From contig CP060754.1 of assembly GCA_023205875.1 (NCBI GenBank), positions 1,054,001-1,118,000 on the forward strand: 64,000 nucleotides of DNA. Direction: 5' to 3'. Made by a program: the position numbers and the translations under genes. Positions 33,885-43,600 of the stretch are shown piece after piece. The notes under the pieces are model-generated. The model was given only the letters and a program-made list of their open reading frames with translations, did no database searches and was not told the origin of the DNA. This stretch comes from Chloropicon primus. Taxonomy: Eukaryota. How positions within the stretch are numbered: the first letter of the stretch is position 1; each line of letters starts with the position of its first letter.

Positions 33885-34127
33885 TTACTCTCTGTTACCC
33901 GCCTCCACGAGGGACTCCACTCTCAAGAGAACAAATCCGAGGGCAAGACCCGTGAGGGTGATAGCGAACATGACGCCCGCGGTCTCGAAAATCTCGTTCA
34001 CCTGGGACTCTGGAAGCTCCGCGAGAAGGGCGACCTCGTTCAGACCCATGCTCTGAGCGGCCACGCCTCCTCTGCATCCCGCGACGTCGTTCCTCTTGCT
34101 GCTCACAAGGCTTCGGTTCGCCACGCA

Positions 34128-34163
<36 letters not shown>

Positions 34164-34381
34164 AAGGAAAACCTCCTGGTCAGCACACGACGTTGCCGAA
34201 AGGCGAGTTCGAGTTCGAGGCAAAGAGCACCAACGCGTGGAGCAGCAGCAGCCAAAGTCCAGGCCTCCCCTTACCTAGGCCGTTTCGCCCTCGCGAGTCT
34301 TCCAACGTTTCCTGCACCATGAGGCTTGACCCCCGCCGCGGTCCTCACCACCGTCCTCTTTGTCACCGTGTTCGCCAACAT
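33885..34381 (-). CDS. PETM: Cytochrome b6f subunit PetM precursor, two exons (exon 1 34381..34275; exon 2 from 34071 or ~34097 to 33885)
   Basis: Mature PetM motif EIFETAGVMFAITLTGLALGFVLLRVE. Transit-peptide exon MLANTVTKRTVVRTAAG, GTAAG donor at 34274, TGCTGAC branch and (TC)n tract. Two in-frame acceptors are possible. Confidence 0.88.
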
Positions 34382-34649
34382 CACGCACAACCCACCGCCT
34401 GTCTCTCTCGCGCTCGCTCGTTCTCCTCTCCTCTCTCTTCCGTTCACTCCGCCAATGGGCTGCGCTGAGCCACTGAATCTGAATGGATAAAAGATTGGAT
34501 TGACTTCGGATCCCTGATCCTGGGGGGGATCCGAAACAAGCTTTCTTTCGTAACGCTCGAGCAAAATCGAGATCGAGAGGTTAGCGGAGTTGAGGGGAAG
34601 TCTTGTCTTGTCTTTGATCGTCTAGCACGTGTGGAGGTTCATCGTCCTC

Positions 34650-36020
34650 ATGACGTCTCCGTCATCGTCGTCGTCGTCGTCGTCGTCGGTTCGGCAGGTC
34701 CAGGTGAGCCTGGCGGAGTTCCGAGACCTCGCGTCGAAGCAGCTGGACAAGGCCCTCGGGCTCAAGGAGGAGGGGTCGAGGTTGTACGGGGAGGGCCGGG
34801 TCGAGGAGGCCTCCGCAAAGTACCTCGAGGTCCTGGTCATGATCGACGCGGCAAAGTCCGTGGACGCGCTTGGGAGGGCGGACTTCAGGGACCTCCGGGG
34901 GCGGATGGAGGCGGTCGAGCTGGTCTGCCACCTGAACCTGGCCGCCTGCGCGCTCGCCGAGAACAGGTACGAGGCCGCCCTCGAGGAGGCGAGGGCGGCG
35001 CTCTCCATCGACGGCAGGAGCGTCAAGGCTATGTACAGGGCGGGGAGGGCGCTGTTCGCGATGAGCAGGTTCGAGGAGGCCGCGGAAGCCTTGGGGGAGG
35101 CCGACAGGCTGAGCCCGAGCGACAGGAGCATCGCGCCACTGCTCGCGAGGGCGAGGGGGAACGCCAGGAAGGTCCTGGCCAGCCAGAGGGCCGCGTTCGG
35201 GGGGATGTTCTCCAAGAGCTCGTACATCATGAAGCGGAGCCAGGAGGAGGAGGAGGAGAGCGCGGCGAGGGCGGCGGAGCGGGAGAGCGTGGAAGGGAGC
35301 CTCAAGCAGTGCATCCAGGGCGGCAACGAGGTCTCCCTGATCGATCGATGGGTTCACAACGGGGTGGCAGGCCTGCAGGAGGAAGAGGTCGAGGCCCTGG
35401 TCAGGGTCGCGCAAAGGGCCGCGGCCTCGGGGAAGCTCGACAGCGCGAAGGAGAGGGCTCTGGTGGCGAAGCACGGGCTCAGGATCCACGCCAAGGGCCG
35501 CGGCGAGGAGGAGGAGGCTCCTCCGTCTTCGGACCAGCAGGACCTCGTCAGGGTGCAGGCCCTGACGAGGAAGGTTCAGGAGGGGGGGGCACTGGTGGAG
35601 GAGGAGGCAGCCTTCTTGCAGAACTTCAGGAGGGGAGAAATTCTGCGGCTGGAGTCGCAGCTGCGGTCAACGGGCTTGGGGGAGCAGGACAGGATGGTTC
35701 TGGAGGGTCTGCGTTCCCAAGAGAAGAGGTACAACGAAAGAGTAGTGGACTACGAGAAGAGGTCCGAGGAGGTCGAAACATTGCTCAAGCGCTTGGAGTC
35801 CGGGAGAAGAGTCCCCCTGAGGCAACGCCTGCGGATGGACGACCTGCTGAACGAGGAGAGGATCAGGTTGGAGGCCAAGGACGATGAGCAGGGGCTCACA
35901 AGCACGGAGTGGAAGCTTCTGAGGCAGATCCAAGAGGCTCAGGAGGAGAAGAAAAAGAAGGAAGGGGCGAGGAGAGAGAGGCTGGATCAGAGGAAGCAAG
36001 CCTTGCAGATCATGGAATAA
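34650..36020 (+). CDS. TPR-domain (FKBP/Hsp90 co-chaperone-like) coiled-coil protein
   Basis: LKEEGSRLY, CHLNLAAC and VKAMYRAGRA form a TPR triplet. Start uncertain. Confidence 0.75.
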   Translation: MTSPSSSSSSSSSVRQVQVSLAEFRDLASKQLDKALGLKEEGSRLYGEGRVEEASAKYLEVLVMIDAAKSVDALGRADFRDLRGRMEAVELVCHLNLAACALAENRYEAALEEARAALSIDGRSVKAMYRAGRALFAMSRFEEAAEALGEADRLSPSDRSIAPLLARARGNARKVLASQRAAFGGMFSKSSYIMKRSQEEEEESAARAAERESVEGSLKQCIQGGNEVSLIDRWVHNGVAGLQEEEVEALVRVAQRAAASGKLDSAKERALVAKHGLRIHAKGRGEEEEAPPSSDQQDLVRVQALTRKVQEGGALVEEEAAFLQNFRRGEILRLESQLRSTGLGEQDRMVLEGLRSQEKRYNERVVDYEKRSEEVETLLKRLESGRRVPLRQRLRMDDLLNEERIRLEAKDDEQGLTSTEWKLLRQIQEAQEEKKKKEGARRERLDQRKQALQIME

Positions 36021-36121
36021 GAAGAGTAAATTTTTCAAGCTTTTACACGTTATACAGGTAATAGGGTTGGCGGGCACTTTTCCCACTCTTGGCTTTGTCA
36101 CCGAGACAGCAAGGTCTCCCA

Positions 36122-38290
36122 TCAGCGCCTTCGGTGTATGATGCGTCTCTCTCTCCTATGCTCGATGTCTCCCTGCTGCGTGAGGAACACAAGGGACCTT
36201 CTGATGCTCTGCTCCGTGAAGCCGTACTTGATCACGTCATCAATGAGTCTCTTCTCAGAGAGCGAGGCCCCGATGGCGAGGCGCCTCTTGATCTGCTGCT
36301 CGATCTGAGCAAACTCCTCGCGCTGCTCCGCGGTGAAGACAATAGAGTCGACGATTCCAGAATTCGAGGCGTCCACGGTGGACACGTTGAACAAGCGGAT
36401 GGCTTCCCTGACGTGGGACTCGGTGACGTTCAGCTGCAACTGCATCTTGGCGAGACTCTCGCTCACCCTTACAATAGCCTCGAGCTGCCTGACCGTGATC
36501 GGCACCGCGGGAGCGTCCTTCGTCTGGACCGACTGCTCCCTGGCGTTCTGCCTAATCCTGACGTACTCGTTCTGAAGGATCTGCGAAGCGCTCTCAGCCA
36601 TGCGGGGGCTGCACTTGTGCTTGCAGTACTCGATGTACCTCTTCAGGAAGTTGTCCTTGGCGTTGTCGCTGTTGTCCATGATGGTGCTCTCTCCGGCCCT
36701 CCTGTGGACACCGACGATGTGCCTCGCGATCTCCAAATCCCTGTTGAAGGATTTCTCGTCCTTCACGATGAAGATCAAGTCGAACCTACTAAGCATAGTG
36801 GTCTGAATGTCAATGTTCTCCTGCGCGGTCTTCAAGTCGTCGTAGCGACCGGAAGGCGGGTTCGCCGCCGCGAGCACGGCCGCTCGCGAGTTCAGGACCG
36901 TGGTGATGCCAGCCTTGGCGATCGAGATGGTCTGCTGCTCCATGGCCTCGTGGATCGCAACCCTGTCCTCCATTCTCATCTTGTCGAACTCGTCAATGCA
37001 AACGACGCCGCCGTCGGCAAGGACCATGGCGCCGCCCTCGAGGTAGAATTCTCCCGAGGAAGGGTCCTTGATGACAGACGCGGTGAGACCCGCGGCACTG
37101 GAACCCTTACCGGAGGTGTAGACGGAGATCGGCGCGACCTGCTCCACGAACTTGAGGAACTGGGACTTGGCCGTGGACGGGTCACCAAGCATGAGGACGT
37201 TGATGTCGCCCCTGATGCGCGTGCCGTCCGGCAGTCTCTTCCTGGATCCTCCGAACAGGAGGCAGGCGATGGCCCTCTTGATGTCCGGGGAGCCGAAGAT
37301 GGAGGGCGCGATGCTGCCGAAGACTCTGTCCAGGCAGTCGCTCTGGGACGCAAACTCCCTGAAGTTCTGCTCCTCCTCCAGCGTGAAGGTCGGCGAGCTC
37401 CTGCTGCTCCCCTCGGAGTCCTCCTCGAGGCCAACAACGCGGAGGTAAGGCTGGCGGATGGCGAAGTTCTCGTTCTTCCCCTGCTTCGCCTGCATGATGC
37501 TGAAGATTCCGACGGTGGTGACCCTCGTCCCCGGCACGATCTTCTGCACGAGGTGCCTGTCAACGACGAGAAGAATGTTTCTTGGAAGCTCACCGGTCGG
37601 GATGTCCTCGGGGCTCTCCTGCAGCTTGAGCGTCTGCTGGTCGACGTACTTGCTGCTGTCCGGGAGGACCACGAACGGGTCGAGTGGGCACGGCTCCGCG
37701 CCCTCCATCGACTGAAGCTCGCACCGGCGGGGAAGGTTGACCCCCGAAAGGCCAGGCTTGCACACGATCTCCTTGGTGTTCTTGCAGTTCTGGCACTGGA
37801 GGGAAACGTGAGTGGCCTTGGCCCTCGGCTTTCCGGCCGCGGTCACGATGCCCGATATCGTCACCAGCTTGCTCACGTGCTCCGAAGAGAGCTCCCTGAG
37901 GGTCTTGGGCCCGAAGGGCGTCTCGCTGTACAGGAAGACCTGGACCACCTGCTCCGGGGGCTCCGCCCCCTCCTCCTGAAGCGACTGGAGCGACTGGAGC
38001 ACCCTCGCGGAGGCCAACTCCAGCAGCCCGAGGTACTCCGCCGGCTTGTTCACCAGAAGGTCACCGAGCTCGTCGTTGAACTGCCTGATGTGCTCCAGCT
38101 TGATCCGAAGCCTGTCCTTGTTCCTCAGGAGCTGATCCCTATAGATGAACTCGTCGTCCTCGGAACGGAACGTCCTGATGAACTCGGCGAACTTCCTCTC
38201 CGCGATGTGCGCAACGGCGGGAGTGTTGCCCTCGTCCGCCGTGTACCTCTGGTCGCTGTAAAACACATTGCCCTCGTCCCAACCTGCCAT
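36122..38290 (-). CDS. MCM5: DNA replication licensing factor MCM5
   Basis: MAGWDEGNVFYS start, GDPSTAKSQ Walker A, IDEFDKM, SRFD, PITVRQLEA. Confidence 0.96.
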   Translation of the reverse strand: MAGWDEGNVFYSDQRYTADEGNTPAVAHIAERKFAEFIRTFRSEDDEFIYRDQLLRNKDRLRIKLEHIRQFNDELGDLLVNKPAEYLGLLELASARVLQSLQSLQEEGAEPPEQVVQVFLYSETPFGPKTLRELSSEHVSKLVTISGIVTAAGKPRAKATHVSLQCQNCKNTKEIVCKPGLSGVNLPRRCELQSMEGAEPCPLDPFVVLPDSSKYVDQQTLKLQESPEDIPTGELPRNILLVVDRHLVQKIVPGTRVTTVGIFSIMQAKQGKNENFAIRQPYLRVVGLEEDSEGSSRSSPTFTLEEEQNFREFASQSDCLDRVFGSIAPSIFGSPDIKRAIACLLFGGSRKRLPDGTRIRGDINVLMLGDPSTAKSQFLKFVEQVAPISVYTSGKGSSAAGLTASVIKDPSSGEFYLEGGAMVLADGGVVCIDEFDKMRMEDRVAIHEAMEQQTISIAKAGITTVLNSRAAVLAAANPPSGRYDDLKTAQENIDIQTTMLSRFDLIFIVKDEKSFNRDLEIARHIVGVHRRAGESTIMDNSDNAKDNFLKRYIEYCKHKCSPRMAESASQILQNEYVRIRQNAREQSVQTKDAPAVPITVRQLEAIVRVSESLAKMQLQLNVTESHVREAIRLFNVSTVDASNSGIVDSIVFTAEQREEFAQIEQQIKRRLAIGASLSEKRLIDDVIKYGFTEQSIRRSLVFLTQQGDIEHRRERRIIHRRR

Positions 38291-38369
38291 TGTTACCTCG
38301 TGTCGTCGTCGGGGTCGCCGGCTTCTTCTTTTGCTTCTTCTTGCCAACCTCTCGAGAGGCTTTCCCCCT

Positions 38370-38410
38370 CCCGCCAAATTTTCGGGCCCAAAATAATGCC
38401 ATTTTCGCGC
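38370..38410. promoter_or_regulatory. Two E2F-like sites upstream of MCM5
   Basis: TTTCGCGC at 38403-38410 (+) and TTTGGCGG at 38371-38378 (-), 80-120 nt upstream of the MCM5 ATG. Confidence 0.55.
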
Positions 38411-38489
38411 CATTTTTTTTTCTCTGTCTCGCCGATCATTCAAGATAAGAACGGGGGAACGACGAGCAAGAACGAGACAAGAGAGCAAG

Positions 38490-38802
38490 ATGCCGTACAA
38501 GGGAACGAACAGTCAGGTAAGGGAATCGGAATCGATCACCACGACGGCGACGGACGAAAGGAATCCTCCCCTTCCCCTTGCGTTTCGTTTCGTTTCGTTC
38601 TCCTGACTGACACGACGGGGTGAGTGTGTGCTCTCAGGGCAACAACTACACAACTCCCGGTGGGACGAACGGGAACTATGGCGGTTCTTACCATTATTCG
38701 AACCAGAACGGATCGTACTACTATTCGAATGACAACGGTTCGACCTACTACAACAACGGAAGGGGAGGGTCTCACTACTCGCCTCCCCCTGCGAAGAAGT
38801 GA
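38490..38802 (+). CDS. 63-aa Tyr/Asn/Gly/Ser-rich microprotein, join(38490..38516,38638..38802)
   Basis: ATG...CAG|GTAAGG donor, CTGAC branch near 38603-38611, CTCAG acceptor. Product MPYKGTNSQGNNYTTPGGTNGNYGGSYHYSNQNGSYYYSNDNGSTYYNNGRGGSHYSPPPAKK. Confidence 0.8.
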
Positions 38803-39060
38803 GACCCTCGTTCGTTCCTGGCTGGAACGAAGGGCTCTGTGAGGACCACCACCTCTCGGCCTCTCTCGGCCTCTCTCGACGCGACGCGAGGGTGTGACAC
38901 GAGGAGCCCTTTCTTTGGTGTGTGAGGGTGTTTAGCGGACAAGCGGGTGTGCGTCCTGGCGCGTGTGGTTGCCCGTCGTGGATTACTACGCGTTTCCCGT
39001 CGGGGATTTACTTTAGTTTCGTGCTTTATTCTCTCCTCCTCCTCCTCCTTCTTCGTCTTC

Positions 39061-40014
39061 CTAAAGCCTGGCGTCGGAGGCGTCCTGGAAGAAGGCCGCC
39101 TTGTGGTACTCGAGGACGCGCTCGCCCTTCTCCCTTGGGGCTCGGGCGTTCTTCGCCTCCCCCCGCTCCTCCTCCTCGTCCCTGAAGTTGTTCTCGGCCT
39201 TCCACTCCAGCGTCAGCCTCCCGAGCTCTCGCAGCTTCCAGGCCTCGTACTCGCCCTGCTTGTCCTTCTCGTCGTCCGTGTCCACGTCGTCAAAGCTCCT
39301 GTTGTCCGTGCCTCCCTTGAACTCGTTCACCGCCATCTCTTTCACCATCGCTCGGGTCTCTTGCCGCCTTCTCTGCACCTCGTCCGTTGTCCTCCACGTG
39401 GTCTGGAGCAGAGGGCCCTTCCCCTCCGAGCCCCCGCCGGCGGTCTTCCTGTCCTTCTTGGAAACGAACACCGGCTTGATCAGCTTCGCGCCGCCCCCCT
39501 CGCTCGTGTCGGTCTCGTACTCCGAGGAGTAGTACTCGTCAGAGTCCTCCTCCTTGTCGCCCTCGCCAGGCTCCGCCTCGCCAGGCCCCGCCTCCTCCTC
39601 CGCTCGGAGCTGGGCCGCCCTGATCCTCCGCCTCCGCTCCGCGAGCTCCTCCTCGTCCTCCTCCCCCTCGGTGTCCTCCCCCCTCCCCCTCAAGGCGTCC
39701 GGGACCTCGTCGTCCTCCCCGACGCCCTCCCGGTGCCTCCTTCTCCTCGCCTCCTGTCCGCCCCCCCTGTCCGCCCCCCTCCCCGCCAACCGCTGCAGCC
39801 TCCTGTCCCCCTTCCCAGGCTGCACAATCACCGGGGCAGCCGCACCCGTCGCCTTCGCCGCCGTCCCCAGGAGTCCCCCTCCCTGGGACTCCTCCTCCCC
39901 CTCCCCGGACGCCCACCTCGGTACCTGGCCCGCCCTGTAACGCGTCACCTTGGTCGTCCCCTCCTTCTTCTCCCTCTCCTTCTCACTCTGCAAAGCGTTC
40001 CTCGCCAGAGACAT
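39061..40014 (-). CDS. MFAP1: MFAP1-like spliceosomal protein, C-terminally shortened
   Basis: KVTRYRAGQVPRWA, LIKPVFVSKKDRKT, DVDTDDE, EYEAWKLRELGRL and YHKAAFFQD motifs. Confidence 0.75.
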   Translation of the reverse strand: MSLARNALQSEKEREKKEGTTKVTRYRAGQVPRWASGEGEEESQGGGLLGTAAKATGAAAPVIVQPGKGDRRLQRLAGRGADRGGGQEARRRRHREGVGEDDEVPDALRGRGEDTEGEEDEEELAERRRRIRAAQLRAEEEAGPGEAEPGEGDKEEDSDEYYSSEYETDTSEGGGAKLIKPVFVSKKDRKTAGGGSEGKGPLLQTTWRTTDEVQRRRQETRAMVKEMAVNEFKGGTDNRSFDDVDTDDEKDKQGEYEAWKLRELGRLTLEWKAENNFRDEEEERGEAKNARAPREKGERVLEYHKAAFFQDASDARL

Positions 40015-40347
40015 CGTGCCAAATCCTTGCGCCAATCCAATCCAATCAGAATCAGAATCCAATCAGAATCCAATCCAATCAACCGCGACGGACGCGACGC
40101 AGGCGCTTGACCGACCGACGCACTACGCACGCCTCGCCACTCTGCCCTTCCAACTTCCAACTTCCTCCCCAGGGGACCGACGAGTGCAGAGTACAGAGTG
40201 CAGACTTCCTCCTCCTCTTCGCCTTCTCCTTTGCCTTCGCCTTCCGTCCCAACCGAGCACACCGATACACGATCTCCACGCCTTCCCTCCGTCCCACCTT
40301 CACCCCTCTCCCTCTCTCTTCCTCGCCTTGGCCAACGCCCCCGCTCT

Positions 40348-40397
<50 letters not shown>

Positions 40398-40405
40398 CTC
40401 TCTCG

Positions 40406-40418
40406 TTTCGCGCGCAAA
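40406..40418. promoter_or_regulatory. Near-palindromic E2F-like site upstream of POLD1
   Basis: TTTCGCGCGCAAA, about 240 nt upstream of the POLD1 ATG. Confidence 0.55.
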
Positions 40419-40650
40419 TCCCTCGAAAACTGAAAAAGATCGATCGATCGGGGTGGACGCGGCGCTGGACAAGGAGGGGCACACTCGAGTGGGCACTTGC
40501 GGCGCTGGACAAGGAAGGAACCGGGCTCGAGGGATCTCCAGGACCACGCCACACGTCGCGCGCTCTGCCTTGAGCGGAGGAGTGGAAGTCGTGGTGATTG
40601 ATTGATTGTTTGATTGATTGATTGATTGTTTGATTTGGTTGAAGTTGAAG

Positions 40651-43600
40651 ATGGTGGGGAAGAGGGGAGGGGAAGAGGAAGGGAAGGAGGCGAAGAGGCA
40701 GAACACGGGGGTAGGAGGGATGCCGGGGGGATCGCAAGAGGAGGAGGTGGACATGGACGTGGAGAGGGAGCTCCTCGAGGAGGAGAACGAGCAGGATATG
40801 GTGGAGGCCTTCTTCGATGACCAGAAGCCTTCTTCTATGGATGCACCCTCGCTGGAGGACGGGGACTACGGGAGGAACTGGTGCAGGCCGCCCCTCGAGG
40901 AGGACCAGCTGGACGCGAGCACCCAGCCGCTCGTCTTCCAGCAGATCGAGTGCGACTACACGATACAGCGCGCGCACAAGGATTTCGTTCCTCCCGAGCT
41001 CAAGGGGGCAAGCGTGCCCGTTGTGCGAATGTACGGGGTCAACCGCAGCGGGAACAGCGTGTGCGCTTTCGTGCACGGGTTCGAGCCCTACTTTTACGTG
41101 GAGCTTCCCGGGAGCGGGTTCACTCCGGACGACGTGGACGCCTTCAGGCAGTCCCTGGAGAAGGAGATTATTAACTCCAGGGGGGGCGGAGTCACGAGCG
41201 GCTTCAAGAGCGTCACTCGAATCGAGGTCGAGCAGAAGAAGAGCTTGTGGGGCTACAACCCTGGGCAGAACAAGCCTTTCCTCAAGGTCACTACCCTCCT
41301 GCCCCAGTTCGTCTCCAAGTCGAGGACGATCATAGAGAGGGGCTTGAACATTCCTGGTTTGGGCCACCGGGCCTTTCGCACGTACGAGTCGAACGTGCTG
41401 TTTATCTTGAGGTTCATGATAGACTGCAAAATCGTGGGTGGAAACTGGCTCGAGTTCCCCAAGGGCTCGTACCAGGTTCGACAGGGCTCGGACAAGGCAA
41501 CGTACTCGCAGCTGGAGGTGGACGTGAGGTACGACTCTATCGTGAGCCACGCGAGCGAGGGGGAGTTCATGGACCTCGCCAAGCTGAGGATCTTGTCGAT
41601 CGATATCGAGTGCGCGGGCAGGAAGGGGCACTTCCCTGAGGCGGAGATCGATCCCGTGATTCAGATTGCGAACATGCTGACCGTGCAGGGGGAGCCCGAG
41701 CCGAGGGTGAGGAACATCCTTACTCTGGGGAGCTGCGCACCAATCGTTGGCTCGGAGGTCATGTCCTTCGACAAGGAGGCCGAGCTCTTGAAGAAGTGGG
41801 CGGATCTCGTGAGGAAGACGGACCCTGATATTATCATCGGGTACAACATCCTGAAGTTCGACTTGCCCTACCTCATCGACCGCGCGAACAAGCTGGGCGT
41901 GAAGGAGTTCTCCTACCTCGGAAGGGTCAAGAACAGCGTGGTCAGAATGAGGGACACGGTGTTCTCGTCAAAGGCTTACGGTACGAGGGAGAGCAAGGAG
42001 ATCACGATCGAGGGAAGGGTTCAGTTCGACCTGTTCACCGTCATCCAGCGCGATCACAAGCTCAGCTCTTACTCCCTGAACAACGTCTCTGCGACCTTTC
42101 TGGGAGAGCAGAAGGAGGATGTCCACCACTCCTGCATTACTGACTTGCAGAATGGCAACGAGGAAACCAGGCGGAGGCTCGCGGTGTATTGTCTGAAGGA
42201 TGCTTATCTGCCCCAGCGACTCCTGGACAAGCTGATGTACATGTACAACTACATTGAAATGGCCAGGGTCACGGGCGTACCTTTGAACTTTCTGCTGACC
42301 AGGGGCCAAAGCATCAAAGTTTTCTCCCAAATTCTGAGGAAGGCGCAGGAGAGAGGCCTCCTCGTCCCCGCGCTCAAGGGGGGAGGCCAGCAAGACGGGG
42401 TGGCCTTCGAGGGAGCGACTGTCTTGGAAGCAAATGCGGGGTACTACACGAAACCAGTCGCGACCTTGGATTTCGCGTCCTTGTACCCATCGATTATGAT
42501 GGCCCACAACCTTTGCTACTGCACGCTTTTGCCTCAAAGCATGGTCCGCACCTTGAATCCGGAGGACTACACGAAGACTCCGAGTGGCCAATACTTCGTC
42601 AAGTCTTCCCTCTCCAAAGGAATTCTGCCAGAGATCCTCGAGGAGCTTCTCGGCGCCAGGAAGAGAGCAAAAGCTGAGCTGAAGAAAGCGAAGGATGAAT
42701 TCTTGAAAGGCGTCCTCAATGGTCGCCAGCTTGCACTCAAAGTGAGCGCCAACTCCGTGTACGGCTTTACCGGGGCAACTGTGGGCAAGATGCCGTGCCT
42801 GGAGATCTCCGCGAGCGTGACCGCGTTCGGGAGGGAGATGATCATGCATACGAAGAGTCTTGTGACGCAAAAGTATTGCAAGGCGAACGGTTACGAGTTC
42901 GACAGCGAGGTCGTGTATGGTGACTCGGTCACAGCAGACACGGCTCTGCTTCTGCGCGATGATGCTGGGAAAATCGAAACTCGTCGTATCGATTCAATAT
43001 CGTCGAGCTGGAAGCGCCGAGACGACGGCAAAGAGGTTGCGTACGTTCCTGCAGTCCAGGTGATGACGGACACAGGGTTCGCGAAAATCGAGCAAGTTGT
43101 TCGTCACAAGACGAAAAAGCAAATGTATCGCGTGGTTACGCACAACGGAATTGTAGATGTCACCGAGGACCATAGCCTGCTTCTTGAAGATGCCTCGGAG
43201 GTCAGGCCAGTAGATGTTCAACTTGGCACTCGACTTCTCCACGCAAACCTCAGCGATATCGTTGTGAAAGAGCGAACTCTCGTTTCCAAACAAGAAGCGA
43301 AAGTTATGGGGTTTTTCTTTGGCGACGGAAGCTGTGGAAAATACGGATCTGGAATAGATACAAAGTACAGTTGGGCATTGAGTAACGCGGATTACGAGCT
43401 TTTGCTCTACATGCAGCAGCTCTGTCCGTTCCCCACAAAGCTTCTAGACACTTTGAAGAGTTCGGGCGTGTACAAGCTCGTCACGGTCGGAGACGTCAAA
43501 TCGGTTGTAGTGAAATATCGTGCGATGTTTTACAACGAACACCGGGAGAAGATTGTTCCTCAATGCATTTTGAACGCTTCCAATGAAGTTGTTCAGGCCT

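Noticed and set aside
34505..34535. 10-bp inverted repeat TTCGGATCCC...GGGATCCGAA
   Set aside because: Short single hairpin with no MITE or ncRNA hallmarks.
36122..38290. Possible intein in MCM5, a common intein host family
   Set aside because: Walker A/B regions are uninterrupted and the protein length is normal.
40344..40404. (CT)n/(GA)n microsatellites here and at about 7650, 31250, 34132, 57774 and 62908
   Set aside because: Ordinary intergenic or intronic simple repeats.
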